This document shows positions 1 to 13,300 of a stretch of 64,000 nucleotides of DNA, in pieces (position 1 is the first letter of the stretch; each line of letters begins with the position of its first letter). The notes below the pieces were generated by a model. The model was given only the letters and a program-made list of their open reading frames with translations. It searched no databases and was not told where the DNA came from. The stretch spans positions 28,954,001-29,018,000 of the forward strand of contig CAIIXF020000001.1 in assembly GCA_903813345.2 (NCBI GenBank), in the 5' to 3' direction. The DNA comes from Owenia fusiformis (taxonomy: Eukaryota). Position numbers and translations under genes: made by a program.

Positions 1-825
1 ATAAGAAATAACCAAAGAGTAGTATAAGTAAATACCTCCATCAATTCATAACATATAAATAAAAGAAGTGTGACTCTCTGAGTAGTTAGTATTGTAAGTG
101 CCAACACTCCAATTCTAATTTTGATTTATAATATTAGGGATACATAATACAACATTATTCACTGTCTTTTCTTATATGAAAAATTTAAGTCACCAAGCAA
201 CACAGATGGAGGGCAAACAACTAGGTCCAATGTCTTTGAGACACAACCTTTAGACTATCTCACATGATGACTAGCTTTTGTACCATAAGTATTTAAAGGT
301 AGTATCAGATCTAGAAAGCAACCTTAACCATAATTGTTTCAATATAAGAATATTTCTGGCTTAAATCATTCCTTGTCATGTTTGTGGTCATTGTTATGGT
401 CTCCAACTTTTTTTAGGATGGTGTTCGGCAGTTGGTAGTTGGCATCTGTAATGAATGGCAGGTAGTGACATTTTGCCTTATTTATAAAAAACACTTTACA
501 CTTTAAATCTTATATAACTCCATCGATTTATAACATATCACAGATATTTTTGGAGATATTATATTTGAGATCGTAAGGAATACATTGTTAGGTCAACTGT
601 ACTTGTTGCTTGCAATCTTGTCACTGTCATATAGATCTGATTCTGCCTTAAGCATACTTTAAGATAACAGGCTACAAGATTGGAAAGGAAGACATCCCCT
701 GGTCACCAAAGATTTGTCTTCTAAATGTAAAGAGAATTGCATCCTTCCTTTGACAAAAATATATTTTCATAGACATATTCGAAGGATTGTATCACAGCTT
801 ATTCTTGGCATTTGTTTATTACTAT

Positions 826-1329
826 TCATATGCTAGTAGCTGATATAGTAGTTGGAACATTTGGAGAAGGCTCAATGACCAACTCTCTAGGATTTCCACT
901 TGAGCCAGCATTAGTCCCTGGTGATGACTGAATCCCACTTCCACTCGTTCCAGAACTATTTCCAGAGTTTCCTTTTCCAAATTTTGTGTAAGACTTGATT
1001 GGCTGACTGGATTGTTCACTTGATGGGGTGCTTGACAACTGAATTTCTTTGTTTGGACCAGGTTCATTGCCAACCCCTGGGGGTATATAGTTACTTCTGG
1101 GTGCCTTGCCCTCATCTTTTGTCACATAATTAACTCTGGGCACTTGGGTTGGTGATGCATTAGATGTCATAGATGACCCCGACTCTGTTCCATATGAAAT
1201 TCCACTCACAGTCCCATTAGCTTCAGGAACTGTATTGAGACTATGGCTAAAGCCATTATTCAAATGAGTCCCACCATTTTCCCCAATCCCACTGTCATCA
1301 CTGGCTTGTCTTTTAACAAGGTGGTCCAT
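826..1329 (-). CDS. Receptor copy 1: terminal coding exon, Ser/Gly-rich cytoplasmic tail
   Basis: tttgtag acceptor then 167-aa ORF; clearly homologous to 60388-60861. Confidence 0.85.
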   Translation of the reverse strand: MDHLVKRQASDDSGIGENGGTHLNNGFSHSLNTVPEANGTVSGISYGTESGSSMTSNASPTQVPRVNYVTKDEGKAPRSNYIPPGVGNEPGPNKEIQLSSTPSSEQSSQPIKSYTKFGKGNSGNSSGTSGSGIQSSPGTNAGSSGNPRELVIEPSPNVPTTISATSI

Positions 1330-4300
1330 CTACAAACAGAAACAATATTTAGTCAATGATTTTTCTGATTTATGTTAAAAGATTTTAACTGGGGAGCCAT
1401 GTGCTGAATAAAATTCAACGTACAGAAATTTAGGTTTATGCTAATACATGTAATATGATAAGCAAAGGAAGTGTATAATCTCTTGATCTATTAAATATTT
1501 CTGCTTGGATTAATGTTGAACTGTTATCATGTAACTAGATAACCTTGTTGCTCTTGTTGAAATGATATGATATTGATTCATAAAATCAATTGAAGGTCAG
1601 TAGTAAAACAAGTAGACAATTTGGTATGAGTAAACTGTTTAGTAAGAGGGGGATTAACCCCAGAGTTCAAAGATGACATACGCTTATAATGTAAACCTGT
1701 ATTGAGATGACATACACCTCTGATTGGTCCAAATCGATAAAAAAAATGGCAGATTCAAAGTTTTCTAATAACACTTCGAATAATATTATGTTGATTCCTG
1801 GCGTATTAACCAATATCATAGCTTGGTTTTTCACATCAAAATAAAGAAATATGTATGGAATATGTTTACATCAATTAAAACATCACGACGACGCGCTACG
1901 TTCGAAAATTAACTGGTGAGAATTTGCGCGAACAAAGGTGTTACGCAAGAGACATATTATGTCAGTCATCGCTAAAGCTCTGGGGCTTTCCCTCCTCTTC
2001 TGTTTAGTAGTAGACTGGGTAAATTACATCTCCCCATTTGCCAATTTAGATTAAGAGCACAGAACTTCAGCATTTAAATCTGAATATCAGAGTAACTATT
2101 GTAAATGTATTCAATTATGTAATTTGTATACATACAGGTAATACAAGGTCATTAGACTGGCCACTATTCTCTTGAATGAAAGGTGTCCCACTGTTAGTAG
2201 GCGATTCTGGATTATCAATTGCAGTGTATCCATCCTGAGGTTGTCTACCTGAACCCCCGAAATGCTACAATAAACCACAATGGATCAGTTAATAATATAA
2301 CATGTTATAATACATTTTATTTGTACCATGTTTTATTTAATAATGCATTCATATCAAGTCCCTTATAAAACGCTTCCTGGTCATCTCAACCCAGTAAAAT
2401 TCGACCCCAGTAAAACTCAACCCCTACATTAGAGTATTTTAGCACTAACAAATTCGTATTCCATATGATTTAAAAGTTTATTGAATGAAAGTTTTAATAA
2501 TTTTGTTTCAATTTTTGATTTCCATTCTAAGACCTGCCTTGTATAGTTAACAATAACAATGAGCGCAATCTCCAAAGCTCCAAACTGCCAACATGGTCCT
2601 ACATGTACTAGGATTAATATGTGGGACTGATATGATTACAGCAACTGCAAAATGTTGAGTGATTAGCAGGGAGTTATTACAGGGAATTAAGGATGATTTA
2701 ATCACGTGTCATATTATTTTAGTGTTAATATGTTTGTTTTCTTGTAATACCTTTCAGGTTGACACTATTGAATATTAATACTGGACAAATATTTGACTTT
2801 TGAAAATCACATTAATGAAATTGGAAACAAAATTGACAAGAAACTAAATCCATTCTAGGACCTGCCTTGTATAGTTAACAATGAGCGCAATCTCCAAAGC
2901 TCCAAACTGTCAACATGGTCCTACATGTACTAGGATTAATATGTTGGACTAATATGATAACACTGTAACAGCAACTGCAAAATGTTGCAAAACAAAATTG
3001 ACAAGAAACTAAATCTGTCTAAAGGTGGAAAACAACACCTAGAACTAATATTTAAATCCTTTTTCCTGCCTTTATTTGATTATTGTGATATTATCTATAG
3101 ATGTGCAAATGCCACCAAATTAACATTACTTGACAGATTGTTTTTATGTCACCACCAAAAAGTGGTGACATATTGTTATGGTCTCCATTTTTTTGACGGC
3201 GGTCGGCAACCAGCGTCTGTAACAAATTCTTACAACTTTTAATAACTTAACAAATACAGTTTAGACTGACTTCAATTTTTTTCAAAATCATCTACAAGTT
3301 TTCAGAAGTTCAAATCTGACTTTACCTTGAAAAGATTCGACTTCTCAAGGTCAAAAAGGTCTTTTTCATCTTACTTCAAATTGAACAATGACACAAAGCT
3401 TTACAAATGTGGAGACTCCTGTTTGTCAATGTGGTTAAAAAAATGAGACCACCTTACATGTAATTTTTGACTGCATACTCAGATCAAGAATTTTAAATGA
3501 ACTAGAAGATGAATTTAAGAATATGCAAAATTTCAGCTATCAAGTTTATAAATCCCAAAAAGACAAGCTATCGCTTTTTGTGAATGTTCTAATCCTACCA
3601 GTTATATATATCTTTTATTGACTCTTTAGATGTCATATCATGACATATTAGTCACTAAGGTAGAGCAGTTCTTCCCATTGTCGAGTTGAAGAACTGGTAT
3701 CTTTATCCTGGCTAGAACCATAGACAATTCTAGCCAGCGCCAGCCTTTTATCGAGTCAGCAGCACATGCGGCTGTTAATGTTTTAATACACAGCTGCTAC
3801 TTGTATTTGTATTTTGAAATGATTACTATGAATAAAACTGAATAAATAGAAAAAATTGAAATTTCAGGGTTGAGTTTTACTGGGGTTGAGTGACTTGGGG
3901 CTGAGTTGACTTGGGGCTGAGTTGACTTGGGGTTGAGATGACTCGGGGTTGAGATGACCTGGCAACAATAAAACCACCTACATTAAGACCTATTGGTGTA
4001 CAAGGAGTCATATTAGGCAGAGACTGGTAACTTATGAAGCAGTTTTATTTAAAATGTGATCCAAATTGTTGGAGAGGCTTTTAATTGTAGCCCAAAATAC
4101 ATTTTTAATAAAGATGGGAGCCATTTTGAATGGTGAAACGTACTTCTGGAATAAATGTTCTAGCATAATCTAGCATAAATCAAGTCAACAGAAAACAAGA
4201 TTTTATTGAAATATTGAATTGCCATATATTTAGAGAGTAGGCAAGACAAGGAAATGATTTTTGAAAAAGTTTCATGCTGTCACTGCTTCTGTAATACTAA

Positions 4301-7300
4301 ATTTTACATAACCATAGATATGTGAATATAAAATTGAACTTACTATAGTATTATCATTTATTCCATTTTCAACCATAAAATTATCATGATCATCTGGCAA
4401 AGTAATTTCTTGTGTTGCTGATTTCTTACACCAGTCAATCCCTTGTCTTCCACGTCTAAAATTAATAATAATGAACTTTAAAAAATTTAAAAAAGAAAAA
4501 TAATGAGATATTTACTAGATGTAATAACAATGAAATTGAGATTTCTAGAAATTAGTTTGATCTATGTGACATTACTATATCTTGTATGTGACCAGTGCAG
4601 GATTCTTGTTACACTGATGTATCACCAGATCACACACTTGTTACACTGATGTATCACCAGATGAAACACTTGTTACACTGATGTATCACCAGATCACACA
4701 CTTTGGTATCAAAAACATCTTTTTCTGTTGAAAAACCATTCAAAACAGCTTATATGTAATATCATTGGATAAAAACATCATTCTAGGATTTCTCATGTAA
4801 GATAGAAAAGGCTGGTGCCTCGTGAAATACAGACTTTCTGGGGCGTAATATTTTCTGTATTCTACTTGATATAGATGTTCTCAGGCACAATATTTTCTTA
4901 TTCAACTCAATGCAGACTTTCTCAGGCACAATTCTTTCTGTATTCTACTTGAATCATTGAATAATTTAATATAAAATAATTTTAAATATACTTACTTCAC
5001 AAATGCCCGAAGGCCTATTCCAGCTAGTATGAGTGCAATAAGAATACCAATTGCAATTAGTCCCCAATGCCAGGGTCTCAGGCCTACAAAAATAAGAAAT
5101 AGTAAATGACAATACACTGTAATTTAGCCATGTGGCACGTCAATGTCTGTGCATTGCACTCTTGCAGATATTGATATCAACTATTGAAAAATGACCGCCT
5201 TCTACCAAAAGTGTCATTAGACAGTGTGGCATGCTTACAGTATTCACATACCAAATATGAACAAAATCGCGTCACTACTTTTCGAGTTATAGTAAAATAC
5301 GTTAAAATGGCGGCCATTTTTCAAACTTTTTTTCAAAATGGCCGCTTTCTACTAAAAGTGTCATAGGACAGTGTGTCATGCTTATAGTATTCACATACCA
5401 AATATGAACAAAATCGCTCCACTACTTTTCGAGTTATAGTAAAATACGTTAAAATGGCAGCCATTTTTCAAAATGGCCGCCTTCTACTAAAAGTGTCTTT
5501 AGACAGTGTGTAATGTTTATGGTATTCACATACCAAATATGAACAAAATCGCTCCACTACTTTTCGAGTTACAGCAAAAATCGTAAAATAACGAGTAAAT
5601 ACCGCCATTTTTCAAGATGGCTGCCATGTGCTTCTTAAATATCTACATTTCTAGCATTATTAATGTCCTATATAATTTTTTTACTTCTAAAACATATTGC
5701 TATTACAGTTTTACATATTGCACCTAAATTACTGTAAATTCGGCACTAAAATGGCCGCCATTTTGAAATGAGTGGCCATTTTGAAAATCGGCTTTCAAGC
5801 AGAACTTCTATTCCCATAGGGTATATGTGTACAAAATATGAATAAAATCGGGCCAATGGTATTTGAGTTATTGCCCGGACGGACGGACGGACGGACGGAC
5901 GTACGGACGGACGGACGGACGTACGTACGTACGTACGTACGGACGGACGGACGACGGACGGACGGACGGACGGACGAACGGAGGCGTTCCCTATATCTCT
6001 CCGAATAATATATTTGAGATCGTAAGGATCTCTCCGGATAATAACCAGGTAGTAACATACAAAATGTCACCACCTCCTATTTGTTACAGACTGCAATCAC
6101 AAACCACTGAACACCTTCAACAAAAAAGTTGGAGACCACTTATTGTGGTGACCTTGTGATGTTTTATTAATATCAATTAATAAATATGATGATATGTTAA
6201 TATCAATTCATGAATAAAATATTAATATCAACTCATGAATTACTCATGAATGGATAAAAATTACTCATATTACTATCAACTCATTAATAAAACAAGGCAA
6301 TAACATACAAAATGTCACCACCTGCCATTTCTTACAGACACTGAACACCACCTGCCAAACACAAAAACAAAATCTAGTCTCTAAGTTCATAGGCATATCA
6401 AAGGGTTGACATCCATCCACAAAGTTAAATGGCCTAATCCACAAAACACAACATTTCACAATGTACACCCAGACCATTTGTGATTTATCTAATGCTTCAA
6501 GTGTGACTTATTAAATCATATTTCACAAAAACAGTACAGCGGTATAGCTGCAATTATCAAATTTGTAGAATAAAGTATGTAAAAATGATAACTGGATTGT
6601 GGAGTATTGCACGGATATTGCTCTTTTTCAATGAAATTATCATAAATATATAAATGGATGTCATCACACATATATATTCTGCTTCATCAATGGGATAGAA
6701 GTTATCTTACATTACAAGTGAAAATACAAGGTGAACAAGATTGTACATGAAAAGAATAGAAGGATTAATAAACCAGTTTGGCAATAATATTATGATAGTG
6801 TAGTTTGTTAATATTTTAATATTGAGTAATACCCTGCGCGCCGAGTCTAGTTATAAACTACCCTCTGCCTAGTATAGACTATATTACAATGTAGCAGCCC
6901 CGCCCCCATGGTTGATGCCTGTGACGGCTCAGGTCATAAATCATTTTACACCTTCCGAACTGACTGATATTGCGTGCACAATAATCATGCGATTACATCA
7001 GAGAAAATGACCATATAAAAAGTGGGCCTTATTTCGACGACGAACTCTGATTTGCGCTGTGAGTTCAGAGATTTATTGTAAATGAGAAGCAAAGTCAAAC
7101 GAATGCAAAGGGCAATTGAGTAAGGGATTAAAGTAAAGAATGCAAATTTTCAAGAAGCACCCTGAAAATTTCAGACCAATCCATCGAACTGTTTGGCTTA
7201 AAACTTGTAGATGTAGATCCAAGATGGCTACCTAAGATTTTACCTAGAATGCCTAAAACTATTCAGTTCTAGACTTTCATACTAAGAAGCATCCATGAAA

Positions 7301-10300
7301 ATTTCAGATTAATTATCAACTGATTCTTCAAATGGAATTGCTAAATGCGAAAAAATTAAATAATTTATGTACAATTTTAGCCAGATAATATTGTTGGTAT
7401 GACTGTATGGAGCGTATGCATGGTAACAGTTTTTGTGAATATAATTTAAGAGAAATATTACCTATGAATCTTGAAGTGGCAATCACACATTTACTTTGAT
7501 AACTCTGATGACCTCCCTCAGAGTATGATGACATCTCAACACAATATTTACCCTCTGGTACTCCTGGTATTGTTTCACGGAGTTTGTTTGCTCCGGTAAC
7601 ATTATGTTCTTTGACTGAAAAAGGAACTGTGCTATATATTACTTGTAAGCTCCCTCTAGGAATCGCTAGATGTGTAGCCAAGGCATCAACAAATTAATAA
7701 ATATGATAGCCTATTAATTTTGAAGGTTGAATTGTATTTTTAATAAAATAACTAAGCAGTCATAACATTTACAAATCACATAATAAGCTGAGGTGCCTTT
7801 ATGGCAAGCCAAGACCTGAATTGTTTTCCATGATCATGAGTTTTTCAGAATTATTTTATTTCCAAGTTAATGTGTAGAAGACTATGTCATTAGACTGCTA
7901 CTCACCATTAGAAATATCATTCTCTGGATAGTAGAAGATAGTCCATCCTAAGACTGGAGATTTCATCTCACTACATAGATAAGGTTCCCATGAGACAGTT
8001 AAGCTTTCACTGACATCAGAGTCATTAATGGCAACAACCCCTTTAGGAGCTTCAACCCTTGCTGAATACAACAAAAGCAATTTAATTAATTTGTGGTTGA
8101 GGGATTTGGTTCATACCTTGTTAACTTAATTGGTTGGTATGTAACTTATTCTCTATTAGTTTGAAAGATCGGCCTCTGTTTTAAATACAAAAAATTAGAT
8201 ACATGCAATTGGTTAGGTCACCATTTATATTAACACCTCTGAAAGGCTAAAACCTAAATATTCTGTAATATAATGAGCTGTGATGTTTTTAGCATGTGAC
8301 TTCTTTTATACTTACATATGGAATAATCATACAAGCAATCTGCCCAGTTGATCCCAGAATGGATCTTCCCATTAAATACTGACACACCATATAAGTTATT
8401 AGTTGCCCCTTCTAGACTCATCATATGGCTTGTTTCCCCATTCTTCAAGACTTGACTTACAATGGGTATCTGAAATAATGTGCATGAAATACATAACTTC
8501 ATATATCAAGCTTCCGATCAATCAGACTGGTCCATTGGCATACTCGAAATTGATACAAGAGCTGAAGTTCTCTTCAAAGGTATTTTACAATAACTCAGGT
8601 GTGAGTAGGTAGTTACCAGTTTCACTACCAGGTGGCTCATTCGGGTCAGATAGCATGCTGGGTATACTAGAAAGTTCCTTTTAACTTAAATATTATTAGT
8701 TTTAGTGGTTCAATTTTTATATCACCCTTATGTATCTAATACTAAATTAAAATATGCCCCGTAAAGGAAAATATTATCTGTCCAATACAAGAAAAGTTAT
8801 TTCCTTCTCTGTAGTGAACACCTACCTATAGTGAACACATTTTTGTGGATCCATGGGTTCACTGAACAAAGGTTTTACTGTACATAAGCCCCATTTCATC
8901 TACATGTATTTATCTCTTTTATATAAAAGTGACTGCATGTGCAAGTTGCTTTAACTATGCAAAAAACTTACTAACATACTATCAACTGTATGTCCTCTGC
9001 TACTCACCTTTTCATTGCAAACTTTGTCATTGAATGCTACTCTTGGACAATAAACTATAGTTGCTTTTTCTGACTGTCCAATATTGAATGTCACTGTAAT
9101 GTTATTTACATTACTGAAGGCCACTAGTTGCTTAACAGGGAACACTGGAAAAATGATTAAATTGATTAATTGTCTTATACAAGAGGTAATTATGAAAAAG
9201 CATCAATTTTTATTACTTTATTCAATGATCCATTTCTAAAAATGAATTCATATCATATTTAATGGGACATTCCTTCATACTCTGTTGCAGCCTTGAAATT
9301 GTAGGTATATCCAGATTCTAAAGTATCAATAATACTTCTAAAACTATGAAAAATAGTTTAAGGTTCGATTAAATTGCTTCTTTTCACACTGCATGACATT
9401 TAAAGGGTTCCGATTAGCATCCCGTATAAAAACAATATGGCGGCTCCAGGCGAATCAACTGGATCAGTCCATTTTTAAGAAATAAGGGGAGTTCTGTAAA
9501 ATCCAGTTATTGAAATTGTCTTTGAGATAAAGTAATCCGTTTATAATGATTTTGAAAACGTTATCCAAAGAGTGATTCAAATAATGCATGTACAACAGCC
9601 AATATAAATTCTTGTATTAGAAACCGGTTTGTCTTGCTGTGTTTCATTTGTAGGATATTTCATATGCCAAGCTGTGTGCTATTACGTTATGGGGAAATTT
9701 AGATGCCAATTTTTCCTTATTATACACAAATAGAAGATCCTGAAACTTCACCCATAAATGTGGAATTGATTTGTCAAAATAAAAATCACCCTTTTATAAA
9801 TGTGTGACGATCTATAATATACTTATGCTATATAACAGTTAGAGGTGTTGACACAACGACCTCGAACCTGTGAACCCTTGAGTATTATTCCGGGATCGGG
9901 CCTTTTATACTAAACGGTGAGCAACACCAGAAACGAGCGTTCGATTTGCTAAACGATATGCGTCACCCTTTAAAGATACCCTACAGGAACTGATGTCATC
10001 AACTCATATTCTCTATGATTTTAATGCCATGCATGTCTTAATTTGTATGCCTTGACAAGCCTTACTGTGTTCTTTGCTTGGCAAGTAAGGATTCAGTTTT
10101 GAACTAATGCTACTATCCTTGCTATTAGCCTACATGTATAAGTGAGCTCATGAGACAATGACATCAAATTTATCAGAAATCTTGTTAGATAGCAGCATAC
10201 TAGAAATGCATACACATAATTTAATAAAAATAATCTAACATCCGTAAAGAGACAGAAATGAATATTTTAGCCTTAATATTTTTATTCAGGTTATGTTCTT

Positions 10301-13300
10301 CACAATAACTTCAGTAAACTAAACACCAGAAAATAGGGAGTTTAAGATTAGCGTAAATAACCCATTTACCTATACCTATACGTAGTTTGTTATTACACTA
10401 AGCGGTATTTTACCTAAGTTACAGGGTTTACGATACGTAATTACCTATAAATGGCCGAAGATAGGTAATTCGAAAACGTATGTTTTTATCAAACAAATTG
10501 TGTCATTTCTAGATCAAATATCATCCATTAAACTTTAAAATAGTAATACCAAACGTTTCTCATTCGATCTGCATAGAAATTAAGTGGTCGAACACATTCA
10601 TTGATGCGATAAACGATGCCATGTGATGATGCATGAAATTGTTGAATTTACAAATTCTTCATCAGTTTTGCTTATTGTAAATGTATGAAATCAGCCATTA
10701 TATCGTAGTTTTAATTGTTTAACTTTACTATTTGGCCACTCTCATTGCTAGATCATGCTAGAAATTTAACATTTCGGCTTAAGTCACTGCCCCATTAGTG
10801 GACCCTCAAGCATCATCCCCTCCCAACTACAGTAGCTACACCACACACTCTCTGAAGTATATAACAGTTCTTGGAGGTGAGATGTACTGGTATATGCCAT
10901 ATAAGCCATCGCATGGTTTTTATTCTATGATTAGGAGTTAATTTTATCATAAATTGTAGCATACGGTTTCGTAGCCTTTTACGTTAATCTTAAACTCATT
11001 TTGCAATACGCATTACCGAAAAGTATCCGTAACAAACATACGGATAGGGATAGGTACACGTATATTTTTACGCTAATCTTAACCTCCCTAATACAGAAAT
11101 ATGTCCTTCTGAAGAACCCTAATTTTTATAACTTGGAACCTTTGGTATTAATATTGCTCTACTTGACAGTTTCACAGCAATGAGTTCATTTTCACTTATT
11201 ACCTTTTTCAGTTCTGGGTACTTCAATAAAGTTTTGTGAGTTAGAACTATACCCAACTTCAGTTCTACACTCAACTACCAATCTGTATGCCCGGTCCTGT
11301 TTTAATGTGGTGGAGCACATGTTCCTATCTGCAGGAACAACACACAGAGTTGCAGCATTATATGAGACTGTAGGACCATCTTCTGACACATCACGTACAC
11401 GGCAATCTATAAGGATACCATTCTTATCTTCTTGTGGGATATCCTTCAATAAAATAGTATAAAGGTTGAGTTTATACCATATACCTGTATACAACAGACA
11501 AGATTCAATTTGTATATGGTATCTATATACTGGTACAACAGGCTAAAGCAACAAGGGAAGTTGTCAATATTTTTCAAGTCTGATTAAACTTATGATAAAA
11601 TATAGGCAAATATAGGGATGGATGATCATTTTCAACTAAATATCAATGTTTTTTTTTTATACACAATGTATATTTTTTATACACAATGTATATTTTTTAT
11701 ACACAATGTATATTTATTACGACAGATTTAAAAATTACTGTTATCTATGTGACCAGCTGCACTTTAAAGTTTATAGTTGCATTTATAGATGGCACTATAT
11801 AGATTTCATGTTTCAATTCACATAAATAGCTGGCACATAAATGTGCAACTTCCTCTTGCTTACAGTCACTACAATAGCCACATATATATTTTTACCTCTC
11901 CAGAAAATCTACAAAATCATCCACAATCGTTCATATTGGTAAGCCATCCACTCTTTATTTTACTTTTATATGCTTTATTAGATATTACTTGATTAAATAC
12001 AACACATATTTCTGATATTTTACCAATCATTTATGGTATTTTTGTCAACTTAGAAATGTATTGTAATTTTTATTCAGGCAGTGTGTTAGGCCACAGATTC
12101 ACCACCATTGGTTCCCACATTTCCCTCAAGCTCAAAGCAAGAGCCAGTTCTGTAAGTTAACATGCCAAACATTCAATTAAGTTAGCATTCATGTTGTCAA
12201 ATGTAAAATAGTCAAATTAGATTGTGTTTCAAATAAACATGCCAATGCCATTTCGTACTGTAATATTGATAAGCCTTGCCAATGCCATTTCATACTGTAA
12301 TATTGATAAGCCTTGCCAATGCCATTCCATGCAATGTTATTATTATATTGTAATTGCTTGTTATGATTTGTTTCTAGCCCCTCTGGCTCTGTAAAGTGAA
12401 TAAATTGACGTACACCACAAATCTAGTCGTTCGGTCGTTCACATATGGTACTGCGGGCTAACAACAACAACAACAAAGTGCAGAGCCAGAGAAGAACTGT
12501 AATCCAACAACCGGGATTCTATATCTGGGATAGACAACCGAGACTCCATGTCCGAGATTTGATAACCGAGATTCCAGGTCCGAGATTCCACAACCGAGAT
12601 TCCATGTCAGGGATTCGATAACCGAGATTCCAGGTTCGAGATTCGATAACCGAGATTCCAGGTTCGAGATTCGATAACCGAGATTCCAGGTTCGAGATTC
12701 CACAACCGAGATTCAATATCCGAGATTGAACCGATATTCGACAACCAAGATTGGACAACTAAGATCGACAATCACGTTACAGATGATAACAGATGTACTG
12801 TATATGCAGCATCCCGAAGTCAACAACAGATATGTAATGTATAATTGATTATCATGATATTCAATATCAGAGTTACCCTCAAATGTGAACACTAGAACAG
12901 CCAAAACCTACAGAGTGACAATACAAGTCACAGTGGTCCTAATCCATGAAAATCCACATGAACTCTGATCTGATATTCAGCAATTCAACAATTAGGTTGA
13001 GCATTGATATTCACATGAACTCTGATCTGATATTCAGCAATTCAACAATTAGGTTGAACATTGATATTTACATGAACTCTGATATTCAATTTTTAAAGTT
13101 GAAAAGGTGAAAATGTACATGAACATTGATATCCACATGAACTCTGATATTCAGCAATTCAACAATTAGGTTGAACATTGATATTTACATGAACTCTGAT
13201 ATTCAATTTTTAAAGTTGAAAAGGTGAAAATGTACATGAACATTGATATTCACATGAACTCTGATATTCAATTTTTAAAGTTGAAAAGGTGAAAATGTAC

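Noticed and set aside
822-1115. Overlapping 97-aa ORF in the last exon
   Set aside because: Alternative frame of the receptor's terminal exon, with no independent support.
5795-6159. ORFs with RPSV/GRTD repeats (also 34668-35163, 37862-38047)
   Set aside because: Translations of (GGAC)n microsatellites inside interspersed repeats.
11789-11992. 67-aa ORF duplicated at 20463-20666
   Set aside because: Lies in the LTRs; duplication is explained by LTR identity and it has no recognisable motif.
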